Assembly (NCBI GenBank): GCA_030156825.1 | Contig: JASGLU010000001.1 | Span: 2,556-66,555 of the forward strand | Length of the DNA: 64,000 nucleotides | Direction: 5' to 3' | DNA from: Candidatus Atribacteria bacterium | GTDB taxonomy: Bacteria > Atribacterota > Atribacteria > Atribacterales > JASGLU01 | Shown: positions 36,985-46,293 of the stretch, piece after piece | How the letters are laid out: every line of letters begins with the position of its first letter | Numbering within the stretch: position 1 is the first letter of the stretch | The notes under the pieces: generated by a model | The model's database searches: none | The model's input: only the letters and a program-made list of their open reading frames with translations | Told to the model about the DNA's origin: nothing | Position numbers and translations under genes: made by a program

Positions 36985-37259
36985 CTGTACAACTCCCTAT
37001 GTTCGAAGTATTTAGCAAAAACCAAAAGGTCTACAAAAAGTAAAATTGAATAAATTAATACTAAATCGACCAAATAAAATAGGCGAAAAAAAGCGGCTAG
37101 GTATAACATGGCCATAGCCATTAAAATACCAATAACTTCGGCTACGATTAAGCGGTCGGGAATGGTGGGTACGGTAAGAAATCGAATAAAGCTAACCCCC
37201 GATAGAACGATATAGATAACAGTCAATATTTCCATTTTTGAAAAATCCTCCCTATCCAT
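36981..37259 (-). CDS. mrpF: Mrp/Mnh antiporter subunit F
   Basis: 92 aa, 3 TM, motif PTIPDRLIVAEVIG as in MrpF/PhaF. Confidence 0.75.
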   Translation of the reverse strand: MDREDFSKMEILTVIYIVLSGVSFIRFLTVPTIPDRLIVAEVIGILMAMAMLYLAAFFRLFYLVDLVLIYSILLFVDLLVFAKYFEHRELYR

Positions 37260-37711
37260 CGCTCAAAGCGCCCCATGGTAGTTCGGTGGAGCTCTACTTC
37301 TTGCTCGGTAAATACATCGATACAGTGGACCAAGAAACACCTTTCAGATAGATCAAAATCTAACGTAAGCGTACCGGGGGTGAGAGTAATTAAATTGGCT
37401 AAAATAGCTATTCCGGTTACATTTTTAAGGTGGGTTTTTACTTTGATTATCCCCGGAGAAAAAGTAGGGGAGGGTTGGAAAGTATATCTGGCTATTTTAA
37501 GAGAGGACATAAAAGTTTCGTATACAAAAACTGGGATAAAAAATAAAATTAGAGTTAACCTCAAAAAATACTCTCGCAAGGGGAGATGAATAGAAGAAAC
37601 TCGGAAAAACATGTCATAGAAGAGAAAAGAAGCTAAAGCTGCTACCAAGCTTCCTACTGTTATATTTTCCCAGCTGATACTGCCAGTAAGTATCACCCAA
37701 AATATTAGCAT
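37223..37711 (-). CDS. mrpE: Mrp/Mnh antiporter subunit E
   Basis: 162 aa. The N-terminal WVILTGS...ITVG and size match MnhE. First gene of the cluster. Confidence 0.7.
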   Translation of the reverse strand: MLIFWVILTGSISWENITVGSLVAALASFLFYDMFFRVSSIHLPLREYFLRLTLILFFIPVFVYETFMSSLKIARYTFQPSPTFSPGIIKVKTHLKNVTGIAILANLITLTPGTLTLDFDLSERCFLVHCIDVFTEQEVELHRTTMGRFERWIGRIFQKWKY

Positions 37712-38222
37712 AGCGAGAAAGGTTAAGAACCTCTCTCTTTTCCCTTTCTTGGCTATGTGGACGTCCTCCCTTATCTCAAGATCGGATCATTCTTCATACT
37801 GGGAAAGACATAAAACAAGTTTATAATATCATTTTCTAGCTTTCTGTGCAACTGCAACTTGGATGGGATAGTGTGGCCGTTTTTGCTAAAACCTGGTCTT
37901 GCCTTGCCAAAACCTTGCTTTCGCCAATAAGTCTTGCTGGAGTAGCATCAATTCAACCATATTCCACAGGAGAGGCAACACACATGGCCAGTTTTTTTAA
38001 CTTTAATTAGGCTAAACTGCCAACACAACTCTAAATTGGCACAAATAAATTAAAAGATTTTAACAATGCATTTATAGATTTTTCACCTTATTCTTTTAAA
38101 TTAATTTTGAAAGCTTTAATGATTCAAGGGGAAAGGGGGGAACAATAAACCGTTCAATCCTTGATCTTAAAGCGGTATTTCTTCAGAATTTAAAAATCCT
38201 ATTTTTAGGAAAGGAGAGAAAA

Positions 38223-40421
38223 ATGAAACATTCGAGAACTTTTTCCATCAATTTGATCGTAGCGGTTTGTTTGGCATTTGTTTTAGTCTTTACTTTTGCC
38301 AATGTGTCAGCTTTCGCCCAAAGCTTTCAACGAATTGCTTCCTTTTCTACAGCGTTAAACATTCCCTCATCGATGGATATAAACAGTGAATCATCGGCTG
38401 AAATTATTACGGTTACACCGGATGCTTCCATGCTTATTTATTCTGATAGCCCTCTGGGTGGTATTGGTATGATCGATATCAGTGATCCTAAAAATCCTCA
38501 ACCTGCCGGTTTTATTAAGATGGGTGGTGAACCAACCTCAGTTGCGATGACCGGCAATAATATCCTGGTTGCTGTAAATACTTCAGAAGACTATATTCAT
38601 CCTTCCGGTTATCTTTCTGTTGTTTCAGCTTCGGAAAAAAAGGAAATTGAACGATTCGACTTAAATGGACAACCGGATAGTATTGCAGTTTCTCCAGACG
38701 GTCGTTTTGTGGCTATCGCCATTGAAAATGAACGTGATGAGGATTTCAACGATGGTATCATTCCCCAATTACCTGCTGGTAATCTCACCCTTTTTGCCAT
38801 CGAAAATGATCTTCCAGTGCGCTCTAGTAAAAAAATAGTTGATCTTACTGGTTTAGCTGAAATTGCTCCCACTGACCCAGAACCCGAATTTGTTGATTTT
38901 AATAGCAATAACCAAGTTGTTGTTACCTTACAGGAAAACAACCATATAGCGATTATTGATGCTGAAACTGGTGAGATTACTTCTCATTTCTCCGCCGGTA
39001 GTGTTGATCTAGTTGGCTTAGACAATAGGGAAGAAGGAGCCTTGATCTTTGAGGCTAGTCAAAAAAATAGACGTCGTGAACCGGATGCGGCTAAATGGTT
39101 AGACAATGAACGTTTTGTCACCGCCAACGAAGGTGACTACCAGGGTGGTTCTCGCGGGTTTACTATTTTCAATACCCAAGGGGATGTCCTTTACGAATCC
39201 GGTTTAGCTTTCGAATATGCCTGTGCTCGAGCTGGTCATTATCCGGAAAAACGTTCTGAAGATAAAGGAATTGAACCAGAAGGATTAGAAGTTGCTTCGT
39301 TTAATGGTGAAACCTATATCTTTGTTTTATCTGAGCGAGCTTCCATTATTGGAGTTTACAAAGATACCGGTTTAGCACCGGAGTTCGTTCAGCTATTACC
39401 TTCCGGCATATCTCCGGAATCGGCAGTAAAAATTCCCGGGACCAACCTGTTGGCCAGTGCTAATGAATCTGATTTAGGACCAGAGGGTGGGGTTCGTTCC
39501 CACGTTATGATTTACGAGTTAACCTCTGATGAAGCAACTTACCCCCAGATTGAATCGGCCATGATTGATGGGAAGCCGATCGGTTGGGGGGCTTTATCCG
39601 GTTTAGCTGTCCATCCTTTCCTACCAGGTATGCTTTATGCCGTTAGCGATTCCTTCTACTCCTTACAACCCACCATCTTTCATATCGATGCCAGTTATAC
39701 CCCAGCCCGTATTGTAGATGTAACCCGGGTAAACCGGAGTGGCTATCCTGCCCAAAAATTAGACCTGGAAGGTATCACCAGCGACGGTGAAGACGGATTT
39801 TACCTGGCTTCTGAAGGGAGACCAGATCGTTTAATCCCTCACGCGATTTATCATGTGGATGCCAAGGGAACTATTCAGGAGGAAATACCCTTCCCGCAAG
39901 AGCTACTTGAGGTATCAGAACAATGGGCCGCAGAAGGTATTACCATGATTGATAATACACTTTGGATCGCCATTCAAAGGCAGTGGAAAGATGATCCTGA
40001 AAACACAGTTCGTTTAGTCGCTTATAATTTGGAAACAGGGGAGTGGGGCGCGGTTCGTTATCCCACTGAATCGATCGAAAGCGGTTGGGTTGGACTTTCC
40101 GAAATAACTGCTTTTGGAGATTTTGTCTATATCATTGAACGTGATAATCAAATTGGCGACAAGGCTAAAATCAAACGTTTATACCGTGTGCCTACTACTG
40201 AATTACAGCCTGCCGGATTAAGTGGAGATCTTCCAGTGGTTAATAAAGAGCTCGTCCATGACTTTATTCCCGATTTACTATCAACTCATGGATTTGTTGT
40301 TGATAAAATTGAAGGGTTTGCCGTTGATGCTGCTGGACAGGGTTTTGCAGTTACTGACAATGATGGTGTCGATGATAGTTCTGGTGAAACCTATTTCTTT
40401 ACAGTTGATATTACTCGGTGA
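38223..40421 (+). CDS. Secreted beta-propeller protein (choice-of-anchor-I-like N-terminal half, phytase-like esterase C-terminal half)
   Basis: Signal peptide ending ANVSAFAQS, RBS GGAAAGGAGAG. Repeated propeller-like blades. Family call from remembered sequence patterns only. Confidence 0.5.
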   Translation: MKHSRTFSINLIVAVCLAFVLVFTFANVSAFAQSFQRIASFSTALNIPSSMDINSESSAEIITVTPDASMLIYSDSPLGGIGMIDISDPKNPQPAGFIKMGGEPTSVAMTGNNILVAVNTSEDYIHPSGYLSVVSASEKKEIERFDLNGQPDSIAVSPDGRFVAIAIENERDEDFNDGIIPQLPAGNLTLFAIENDLPVRSSKKIVDLTGLAEIAPTDPEPEFVDFNSNNQVVVTLQENNHIAIIDAETGEITSHFSAGSVDLVGLDNREEGALIFEASQKNRRREPDAAKWLDNERFVTANEGDYQGGSRGFTIFNTQGDVLYESGLAFEYACARAGHYPEKRSEDKGIEPEGLEVASFNGETYIFVLSERASIIGVYKDTGLAPEFVQLLPSGISPESAVKIPGTNLLASANESDLGPEGGVRSHVMIYELTSDEATYPQIESAMIDGKPIGWGALSGLAVHPFLPGMLYAVSDSFYSLQPTIFHIDASYTPARIVDVTRVNRSGYPAQKLDLEGITSDGEDGFYLASEGRPDRLIPHAIYHVDAKGTIQEEIPFPQELLEVSEQWAAEGITMIDNTLWIAIQRQWKDDPENTVRLVAYNLETGEWGAVRYPTESIESGWVGLSEITAFGDFVYIIERDNQIGDKAKIKRLYRVPTTELQPAGLSGDLPVVNKELVHDFIPDLLSTHGFVVDKIEGFAVDAAGQGFAVTDNDGVDDSSGETYFFTVDITR

Positions 40422-40443
40422 TTTAGGCGGGGGAATAACCAGC

Positions 40444-40477
40444 AAAACTGGTGGTAGCGCTCGCTACCACCAGTTTT
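40444..40477 (+). terminator. Strong rho-independent terminator
   Basis: AAAACTGGTGGTAGCG/CGCTACCACCAGTTTT near-perfect 16-nt arms followed by TTTTCT, 23 nt after the stop at 40421. Confidence 0.8.
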
Positions 40478-40556
40478 CTCCACCATCCATTTCTGAATTG
40501 GGAAAATTCTTGGGAAAATTCAAACCGCAAAAAATGGTTCCTTTACTTCTTCTTCC

Positions 40557-40609
40557 GTCACCCCGGGCAATCCCCTTCTGCCACCCTGGCAAACTTCAAG
40601 CCGGGGCCT
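40557..40609. repeat. Hairpin-repeat family members (GTCACCCCGGGCAA half-site and GCCACCCTGGCAAACTTCAAGCCGGGGCC)
   Basis: Variant of GTCACCCCGGCAATCTTTAAGCCGGGGTCC at 32075-32104. Confidence 0.6.
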
Positions 40610-40650
40610 ACCGTCTTTCAAAATCTTACCTCTGCCCTAGGCCAGGCACT

Positions 40651-40845
40651 AATTTTGATCCCCAAGTGGTAGCCAATGAAGACTTGCTTGATTATTGTCA
40701 GGTGCAAGATATGACTCTTTTGGCTTATTCTCCTCTTTTAGGAGGGGCTTATACCCAAGAAACTAAATCTATTCCCGAGGAATACCGGGGGCAAGATGCC
40801 GAGGTTCGTTTATCTACTTTGAAACAATTGGCCAAGAAAAGAGAG
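40651..40845 (+). pseudogene. Aldo/keto reductase gene remnant (internal ~65 codons only)
   Basis: Translation DLLDYCQVQDMTLLAYSPLLGGAYT...LSTLKQLAKK matches the conserved AKR C-terminal third. No N-terminal two-thirds. Homology stops where the IS21-like end begins. Confidence 0.55.
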
Positions 40846-40952
40846 CTATGTCACAGCCGACATATAATTGACCCAGGAAAGCCGGAATAAAAATGACCCA
40901 CCCCTTAAAGGTATAATCCCTCTGATAGGATGAAAAGATCGGAGGGAAATAC

Positions 40953-42035
40953 ATGCTAAGGAGTGAGTCAATTATGATGTTACACCAGATGAGAAAAGAA
41001 GGAAAGAGTATAAGAAGAATAAGTCGAGAAACTGGACTTTCTCGGAATACGGTGAAATCTTATCTCAAGGCTCAAGCTATTCCAGAGAGAAAAGCCAGGA
41101 AAAAGAAGGGTTCAAAACTGGACCCCTTCCAGAAAGAGATTCAAGAGATGATGAAACTGGGGATATTCAACTGTGAGGTGATCTACCCTAGGCTAAAAGA
41201 GCTCGGTTACCAGGGAGGGAAAACTACGGTTAAAGATTATGTTCAACCTTATCGTCCTCCTCGAGGAATAGTGGCTACCCAAAGATATGAGACAGAACCA
41301 GGTAAACAAGTCCAAGTGGATTGGGGGATTGGCTTTTATCAAGACCAGAAAGATGGAAGTTGTCATAAAGTCTATGTGCTGGTGATGGTTTTAGGCTATT
41401 CCCGAGCAATATATGCGGAGTTCAGCAACCACTGCAATATCCATAGTTTCCTACGGGGTCTCACCCAGGGGTTTTCCTACTTCGGAGGGGTAACCGATAT
41501 CGTTCTATCCGATCAGATGAAAACCGTTATCTTGGGTTGGGATGAGAAACGAAAGCCGATTTGGCATCCTTTGTTTTTGGATGTAGCTCTCACTTTGGGT
41601 TTTATCCCCCAGGTTTGTCGAGCCAGGAGACCACAAACCAAAGGAAAAGTTGAACGAGGGGTAGGGTACGTGAAAGCCAATTTTTTACCTGGCAGGAAGT
41701 TTCAAGATCGAGGAGATTTAAATCGGGAAGTCTATCAGTGGTGTGAGGAGAAAAATCAACGCCTTCATGGAACGACTGGCCAAAAACCCAAGGAGCTTTT
41801 GCTTCAAGAAAACTTGAAACCTCTTCCTTCTCCAGAAAGCTATCAAAAGTATCTCACTGAAAAAAGAAAAGTGAGTAAAGATGGGTTTTTAAGTTACCAA
41901 GGAGTGAGGTATGGAGTTCCTTGGATTTATAGTGGTCAAGAGCTTTGGGTCAGAGAAGGAAAAGAAGGGATCGAGATTGTCAAAGATCCGCTGCATATGG
42001 TGAGAATTGATGATGAGAGGAATCATGCTGAATGA
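40953..42035 (+). pseudogene. istA: IS21-family transposase IstA, C-terminally truncated
   Basis: N-terminal HTH SIRRISRETGLSRNTVKSYLK and DDE region with PGKQVQVDWG. The family-like sequence ends near residue ~345 and no IstB follows. Confidence 0.7.
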
Positions 42036-42498
42036 GTTCTCCCGGATAATTGGTCAAAACCTCCCTGTCATGAGCTTTTCTCTTTGCTCTTGGGGAATAG
42101 CAGTTATTCTGTTTGGCCCGGTCAATGATGGTGGGAAGTGACACCTTCTGTCGGTAATCCTGTTCCAAGATGTCTTTGATATAGCTGTAATTGTAATAGC
42201 TGTAATTGTAATGTTTTACTGGTGTATTCGGATTCTCGATTAATGATCTTTCCATTTGTAGTTCCTGGATTATGTTTTCCTCCAGATCTTTTGAGATCTT
42301 CCTGGTTGGCTTGTTACAGGAATAGTAAATAGAAAATCCCTCAGGATCATTCTTGAATTTTTTGACTAATTGAAAGAATCTTCTCTTTTTAATTCCCAGG
42401 ATTTGCTGTAGGTATTTTCTCTCTATCTTTTGCTCTAGATATTGCCTTAATAGATCTTTAACCTGGTCATTATTAAATTTCTTGTGTATCTGAACCAT
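41980..42498 (-). pseudogene. Integrase-core-domain transposase, N-terminal fragment only (ISNCY/IS1202-like guess)
   Basis: HTH-like N-terminus, and the first catalytic-D context GELIQHDSSHH appears just before the ORF ends. Contains a 15-bp tandem duplication (42183-42213). Confidence 0.5.
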
Positions 42499-42865
42499 AA
42501 CCTAAAACCTCTCTTGTTTTTTGTTTTAGATTATAGTTATAGGGTGTGCACTTTTAAACTTTAAATCATGTAAAAAAGTGTGCAGTTTTAATTTTTAATT
42601 CACATTCAGCTTGACAAAGAGAAATTATTTGATAAAACTATAATATAGTTCTTGTTTTAGGCTCATATTTGGATTAGAAAAGACTCATCAGAATTTTGTA
42701 CTTCATGAACATGATGAAACTGTATAGGAGAGACAGACTGCGATTAACTACCTGAAAAGAAAAGAAGCCAAAGCTTAATATATAAGATACATTCTTATTA
42801 CGGTCGTTAGTTATCTACCGGCTGTTTTTATTTTAATAAAAATTAGGAGGGGAGGTTCTTTTATT

Positions 42866-43804
42866 ATGAATAAAATTTGTTTTGTTGTTCTTTCGTTGTT
42901 GATTGTATTTTCTTTAACTGTTACTGTCCAGGCTACAACTCAGTACCAGCCTACTTTAGCTGTGGTATCCTTCGAAAATCACTCACAGGTCAATGTTCCG
43001 GATGTAGAGAATATGGGTATCCAGTTTCTAGAAAGCGCCATTGCCAATTCCGGGATGTTTACTCTAGTAGATCGGCAAACCGTGGATAAAAACTTAGAGG
43101 AATTGGGATTTAACGCAGCCTCTGGATTGGTAGATCCATCTTATTCTATTCAATTAGGCAAAATGCTAGGGGCTCAGTATATTGCTACAGGCAGTGTTGT
43201 TGATATTACTCAGAAAGTAACTGAATTTAAAGGTTACAATATTCACACTAAGCGAGTCGCGATTTCAGTTACCACAGGACTGAGAGTCATAGATGCAGAA
43301 AGAGGTACTGTATTTTTTGTAGATCAGAATGTTGCTGCCCAAGAGAATTTGCCCATTAATACACAGAATGTATACACGAGTGACCAAACCTATAGTATCT
43401 ACCAAACATTGATGAAACAATCAATATTAAAATCTGTAAATAACTTAAATCAAAAGGTTATAAGAACTCGCCCGGAAACACCAACTGTCGCAAGGAAGAT
43501 TCCTATTCCTATTGATTCTGAGCCTGATGGTGCAGATGTAGAGATAATGGGTATATTTTATGGGAATACACCTTGTGAGATACCTTTAGAAGAAGGGAAG
43601 ATTTTAGAAATAAAGGTAAGCTTAGGAGGATATGAGCCCTGGATAAAAAGAGTAAACATACATGAGGGTTTGGAAATCAGGGCAAAATTACATAAAAAAC
43701 CTATTTCAGAATCTTCTGGTTCTAATGTCAAAGTAAATGTAGGAGTCCAAACCGAAAAGTCTGATAAAACTGATGATATGATTCAAATGGAAAAAGTAGA
43801 TTAG
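42866..43804 (+). CDS. CsgG/LpoB-like secreted protein with C-terminal PEGA domain
   Basis: Signal peptide ending VQA-TT with no lipobox. CsgG-family core TLAVVSFEN...FTLVDRQ...QLGKMLGAQYIATGSV. PEGA motif IDSEPDGADVEIMGIFYGNTPCEIPLEEG...GGYEPW. Confidence 0.65.
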   Translation: MNKICFVVLSLLIVFSLTVTVQATTQYQPTLAVVSFENHSQVNVPDVENMGIQFLESAIANSGMFTLVDRQTVDKNLEELGFNAASGLVDPSYSIQLGKMLGAQYIATGSVVDITQKVTEFKGYNIHTKRVAISVTTGLRVIDAERGTVFFVDQNVAAQENLPINTQNVYTSDQTYSIYQTLMKQSILKSVNNLNQKVIRTRPETPTVARKIPIPIDSEPDGADVEIMGIFYGNTPCEIPLEEGKILEIKVSLGGYEPWIKRVNIHEGLEIRAKLHKKPISESSGSNVKVNVGVQTEKSDKTDDMIQMEKVD

Positions 43805-43818
43805 AAAGAGAGGCAAAG

Positions 43819-44775
43819 ATGTTTAATAAAAAAAGTATAATAATTTCTTTTTTGGTGATGTTACTTTTCTTACTTAGTAGCCTTCCCACTTTTTCTCAAG
43901 AACGTCCCAAAGTAGCCGTTGTAGCCATTACTTCCACTGCTCCAGGCTACTCCTGGCGAAGTGATTCCCCCTTATCAATTGCTGCTACTGATTTGATGAT
44001 CAATGCCCTGGTCAATAGTAATCGTTTTCGGTTATTTGAAAGAGCAAAATTAGAGGCAATTATGCAGGAACAAAATTTTCAACATTTTTCAGGTATGGTT
44101 GATCAGTCTACTGCCGTACAGTTAGGCAAAATGATTGGAGTGGGGACAATCGTAACAGGGACTGTTACCAATGTCAGTGTCAGTTCGGGTAGTGGATTTC
44201 AGATTGGCCCTGTAAAGGTACGAAAAAGGTCAGCTAAAGTAAGCATGACTATCAGATTTATTGATGTAACTACCGGAGAGATCCTTTATTCGGCCTCTGA
44301 AAGTTGCAAAGACTCTGCTTCTTCTGTTTCAACTAGATTACCTGTAGCTATTCCCGGAGGAGTCGGATTTTCCGAGGAATCAGCTGCTGATATTTTAACA
44401 GCAATTGAAGAGATCTGTAATAATGTCGTGACATCTTTCATCGAAAAGATGGATGAAAATATTGCCCGAATTGAGGCTGCTCCTCTGGAAGGCTATGTTG
44501 TGCAGGTTAGGTCTACTTCTTCAGGTAATATTACCCAAGTATATATTAATCTGGGAGAGAGCTCAACTATCAAAGTAGGGGACGAGGTCAGGATTTACCG
44601 AGAAGGAGATGTTATCCGAGATCCCAAGACCAATGAAATATTGGATAGGGAGTTAATAGTCATTGCTACGGGGACGGTAAGAGTGGTTAAAGAGAAGTTA
44701 TCAGAGGTCATGATTACCGAAAAGTTTAGCAGTAGGGAAATCAGACAAGAAGATATTGTACAAGTGGTGCGATAA
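43819..44775 (+). CDS. CsgG-like secreted protein, second paralog, with C-terminal beta-rich domain
   Basis: Signal peptide ending TFSQ-E. Core KVAVVAI...RFRLFERAKLEAIMQEQ...QLGKMIGVGTIVTGTV. The C-terminal GYVVQV...VGDEVRIY...ATGTVRVV resembles FlgT-C/OB-like barrels. Confidence 0.6.
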   Translation: MFNKKSIIISFLVMLLFLLSSLPTFSQERPKVAVVAITSTAPGYSWRSDSPLSIAATDLMINALVNSNRFRLFERAKLEAIMQEQNFQHFSGMVDQSTAVQLGKMIGVGTIVTGTVTNVSVSSGSGFQIGPVKVRKRSAKVSMTIRFIDVTTGEILYSASESCKDSASSVSTRLPVAIPGGVGFSEESAADILTAIEEICNNVVTSFIEKMDENIARIEAAPLEGYVVQVRSTSSGNITQVYINLGESSTIKVGDEVRIYREGDVIRDPKTNEILDRELIVIATGTVRVVKEKLSEVMITEKFSSREIRQEDIVQVVR

Positions 44776-44900
44776 GCAATTAATTAAAAAGTTATAGAAA
44801 CAGAATGCATATTTCGGCCGCACCCGGACACTGATTCCGGCAACATCCGGACACCTTGTCGAATGATTAAAAAATCAGGTACCCTTGGTTGTTAACCCTA

Positions 44901-44948
44901 AATTTGGCCTCTAGCACAAGAAAATATACTTATGTTAGAGGCCAAATT
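44901..44948. terminator. Bidirectional hairpin between convergent genes
   Basis: Perfect 13-bp stem AATTTGGCCTCTA/TAGAGGCCAAATT with a 22-nt loop, A/T-rich on both sides. Confidence 0.6.
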
Positions 44949-44994
44949 AAATACGTTTTAAAATTTAACATAATATACATTATGGGAACTAAAA

Positions 44995-46293
44995 CTATTT
45001 GCTTAAAATCCTTTGCAGGTGTTCAACTTTTTCTTTTCTTACCGCACATTCTATTTTAACCCGGCCTTCCTCTTTGGCTTCTAAATCTTTAATGTAACCA
45101 TAACGTGGGATCTCTTTTTCTATTTTTCCTAATTCTGACCAGCTGACTTCGAAGGAAAGTTTTTGAATTTGATTCTGTAATCGATAAGAGATCAAACTCA
45201 AAAGTTTTTCTATTCCTTTTTCTTTTTGAGCCGAGATAAACACGTGATCGTTTTCTCGAATTTCTTTTTCTAATCTTGGTAAATCTGAAAGTAAATCAAC
45301 TTTGTTTAAAACCACGATTTTAGAAAACTGGTCGAGGCCTATTTCGGAAAGAGTTTGGTTTATAGTTTGAAAATGGGAAAAGTAATCAGGGTGCGAAACA
45401 TCCAGTATCTCCAAAATTAAATCGGCCTCTTTGGTTTCTTCTAAAGTAGCCCAAAAAGCTTCTTTAATGGTAGGAGGCATTTCTCGGATGAAGCCTACAG
45501 TATCAGTAAAAACGGTTTCCCCAACTTCCGGGAGAAAAGCTCGACGGGTAACTGGATCTAAGGTGGCAAAAAACTGATCTTTTACGTAAACTTTGGCTCC
45601 GGTTATAGCATTTAACAAAGTTGATTTTCCAGCGTTGGTATAGCCAACGATAGCCACCACCGGAACTTTCCTTGCTTTTCTAAGCGATTTCTGAACTTCT
45701 TTTTGTTTTTGAATGCGTTCAATTTCATGATTTAAGAAGGTAATTCGTTTTTGTACTTTTCGCCGGTCTTTTTCTAATCTTTGCTCTCCTGGGCCTCTGG
45801 TGCCAATTCCCCCACCCGTTCGAGAAAATTGCTTCCCCCTTCCAGTCAATCGGCTCAATTGATATTGAAGCTGAGCTAATTCCACTCGGATTTTTCCTTC
45901 GGCTGTGCAAGCCCTCAAAGCAAAAATTTGATGAATAATAGCATTTTTGGTATAAATTGGCATTTCCCAGTAGTCTTCTAAATTGCGTTGTTGAGAGGGA
46001 GAAACTTCAAAATCTATCAAAATACAGTCAATTTCTGGATGATCGTCAATATAATTTTTAATTTCTTTAACTTTACCTTTTCCTAAAAAATATCGGGAAA
46101 AAGGATTTCGAACCGAATATTCCCAACAAGTTGTTATTTGAAAACCAACGGTTCGAGCAATAGAAATAAACTCTTCTTTTTCAGAGTCAAGCGAAATAAA
46201 GGTTTGAGCACCTTTTTCGGTCTCAAAGTTAACCACCAACCCCAACGCTTTCCGCTTTGCCTGAAAGCTTTTAACCATTCTTTTCTTTATCAA
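44995..46293 (-). CDS. hflX: GTPase HflX
   Basis: HflX N-terminal domain and G-domain motifs GYTNAGKSTLLNAIT, DTVGF, NKVD. Confidence 0.9.
   Translation of the reverse strand: MIKKRMVKSFQAKRKALGLVVNFETEKGAQTFISLDSEKEEFISIARTVGFQITTCWEYSVRNPFSRYFLGKGKVKEIKNYIDDHPEIDCILIDFEVSPSQQRNLEDYWEMPIYTKNAIIHQIFALRACTAEGKIRVELAQLQYQLSRLTGRGKQFSRTGGGIGTRGPGEQRLEKDRRKVQKRITFLNHEIERIQKQKEVQKSLRKARKVPVVAIVGYTNAGKSTLLNAITGAKVYVKDQFFATLDPVTRRAFLPEVGETVFTDTVGFIREMPPTIKEAFWATLEETKEADLILEILDVSHPDYFSHFQTINQTLSEIGLDQFSKIVVLNKVDLLSDLPRLEKEIRENDHVFISAQKEKGIEKLLSLISYRLQNQIQKLSFEVSWSELGKIEKEIPRYGYIKDLEAKEEGRVKIECAVRKEKVEHLQRILSK

Larger units (their letters stand above)
40848..42560. mobile_element. Two abutting, mutually truncated IS remnants (IS21-family left part; integrase-core transposase element right part)
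   Basis: A putative IS21 left end starts TGTCACAGCC with repeated (A/T)TGACCCA motifs. There is no istB. The convergent transposase fragments meet near 41985-42030. Direct repeats GTGTGCA(C/G)TTTTAA lie at 42543-42590. Confidence 0.55.

Noticed and set aside
32304-37711. Calling the cluster a membrane-bound hydrogenase (Mbh) or Mbx complex
   Set aside because: No NiFe large or small subunit and no NuoB/C/D/H/I-like genes are present in or next to the cluster. Only the Mrp-like membrane subunits are seen.
40222-40890. 222-aa ORF from the track
   Set aside because: It starts out of frame inside the 732-aa gene and reads through a strong terminator and hairpin repeats. Only residues ~145-208 show real (AKR) similarity, so it is reported as a pseudogene remnant instead.
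46095-46120. tRNA-like T-arm string GGATTTCGAACCG
   Set aside because: It lies inside the hflX coding frame, and no acceptor or anticodon stems can be built around it.
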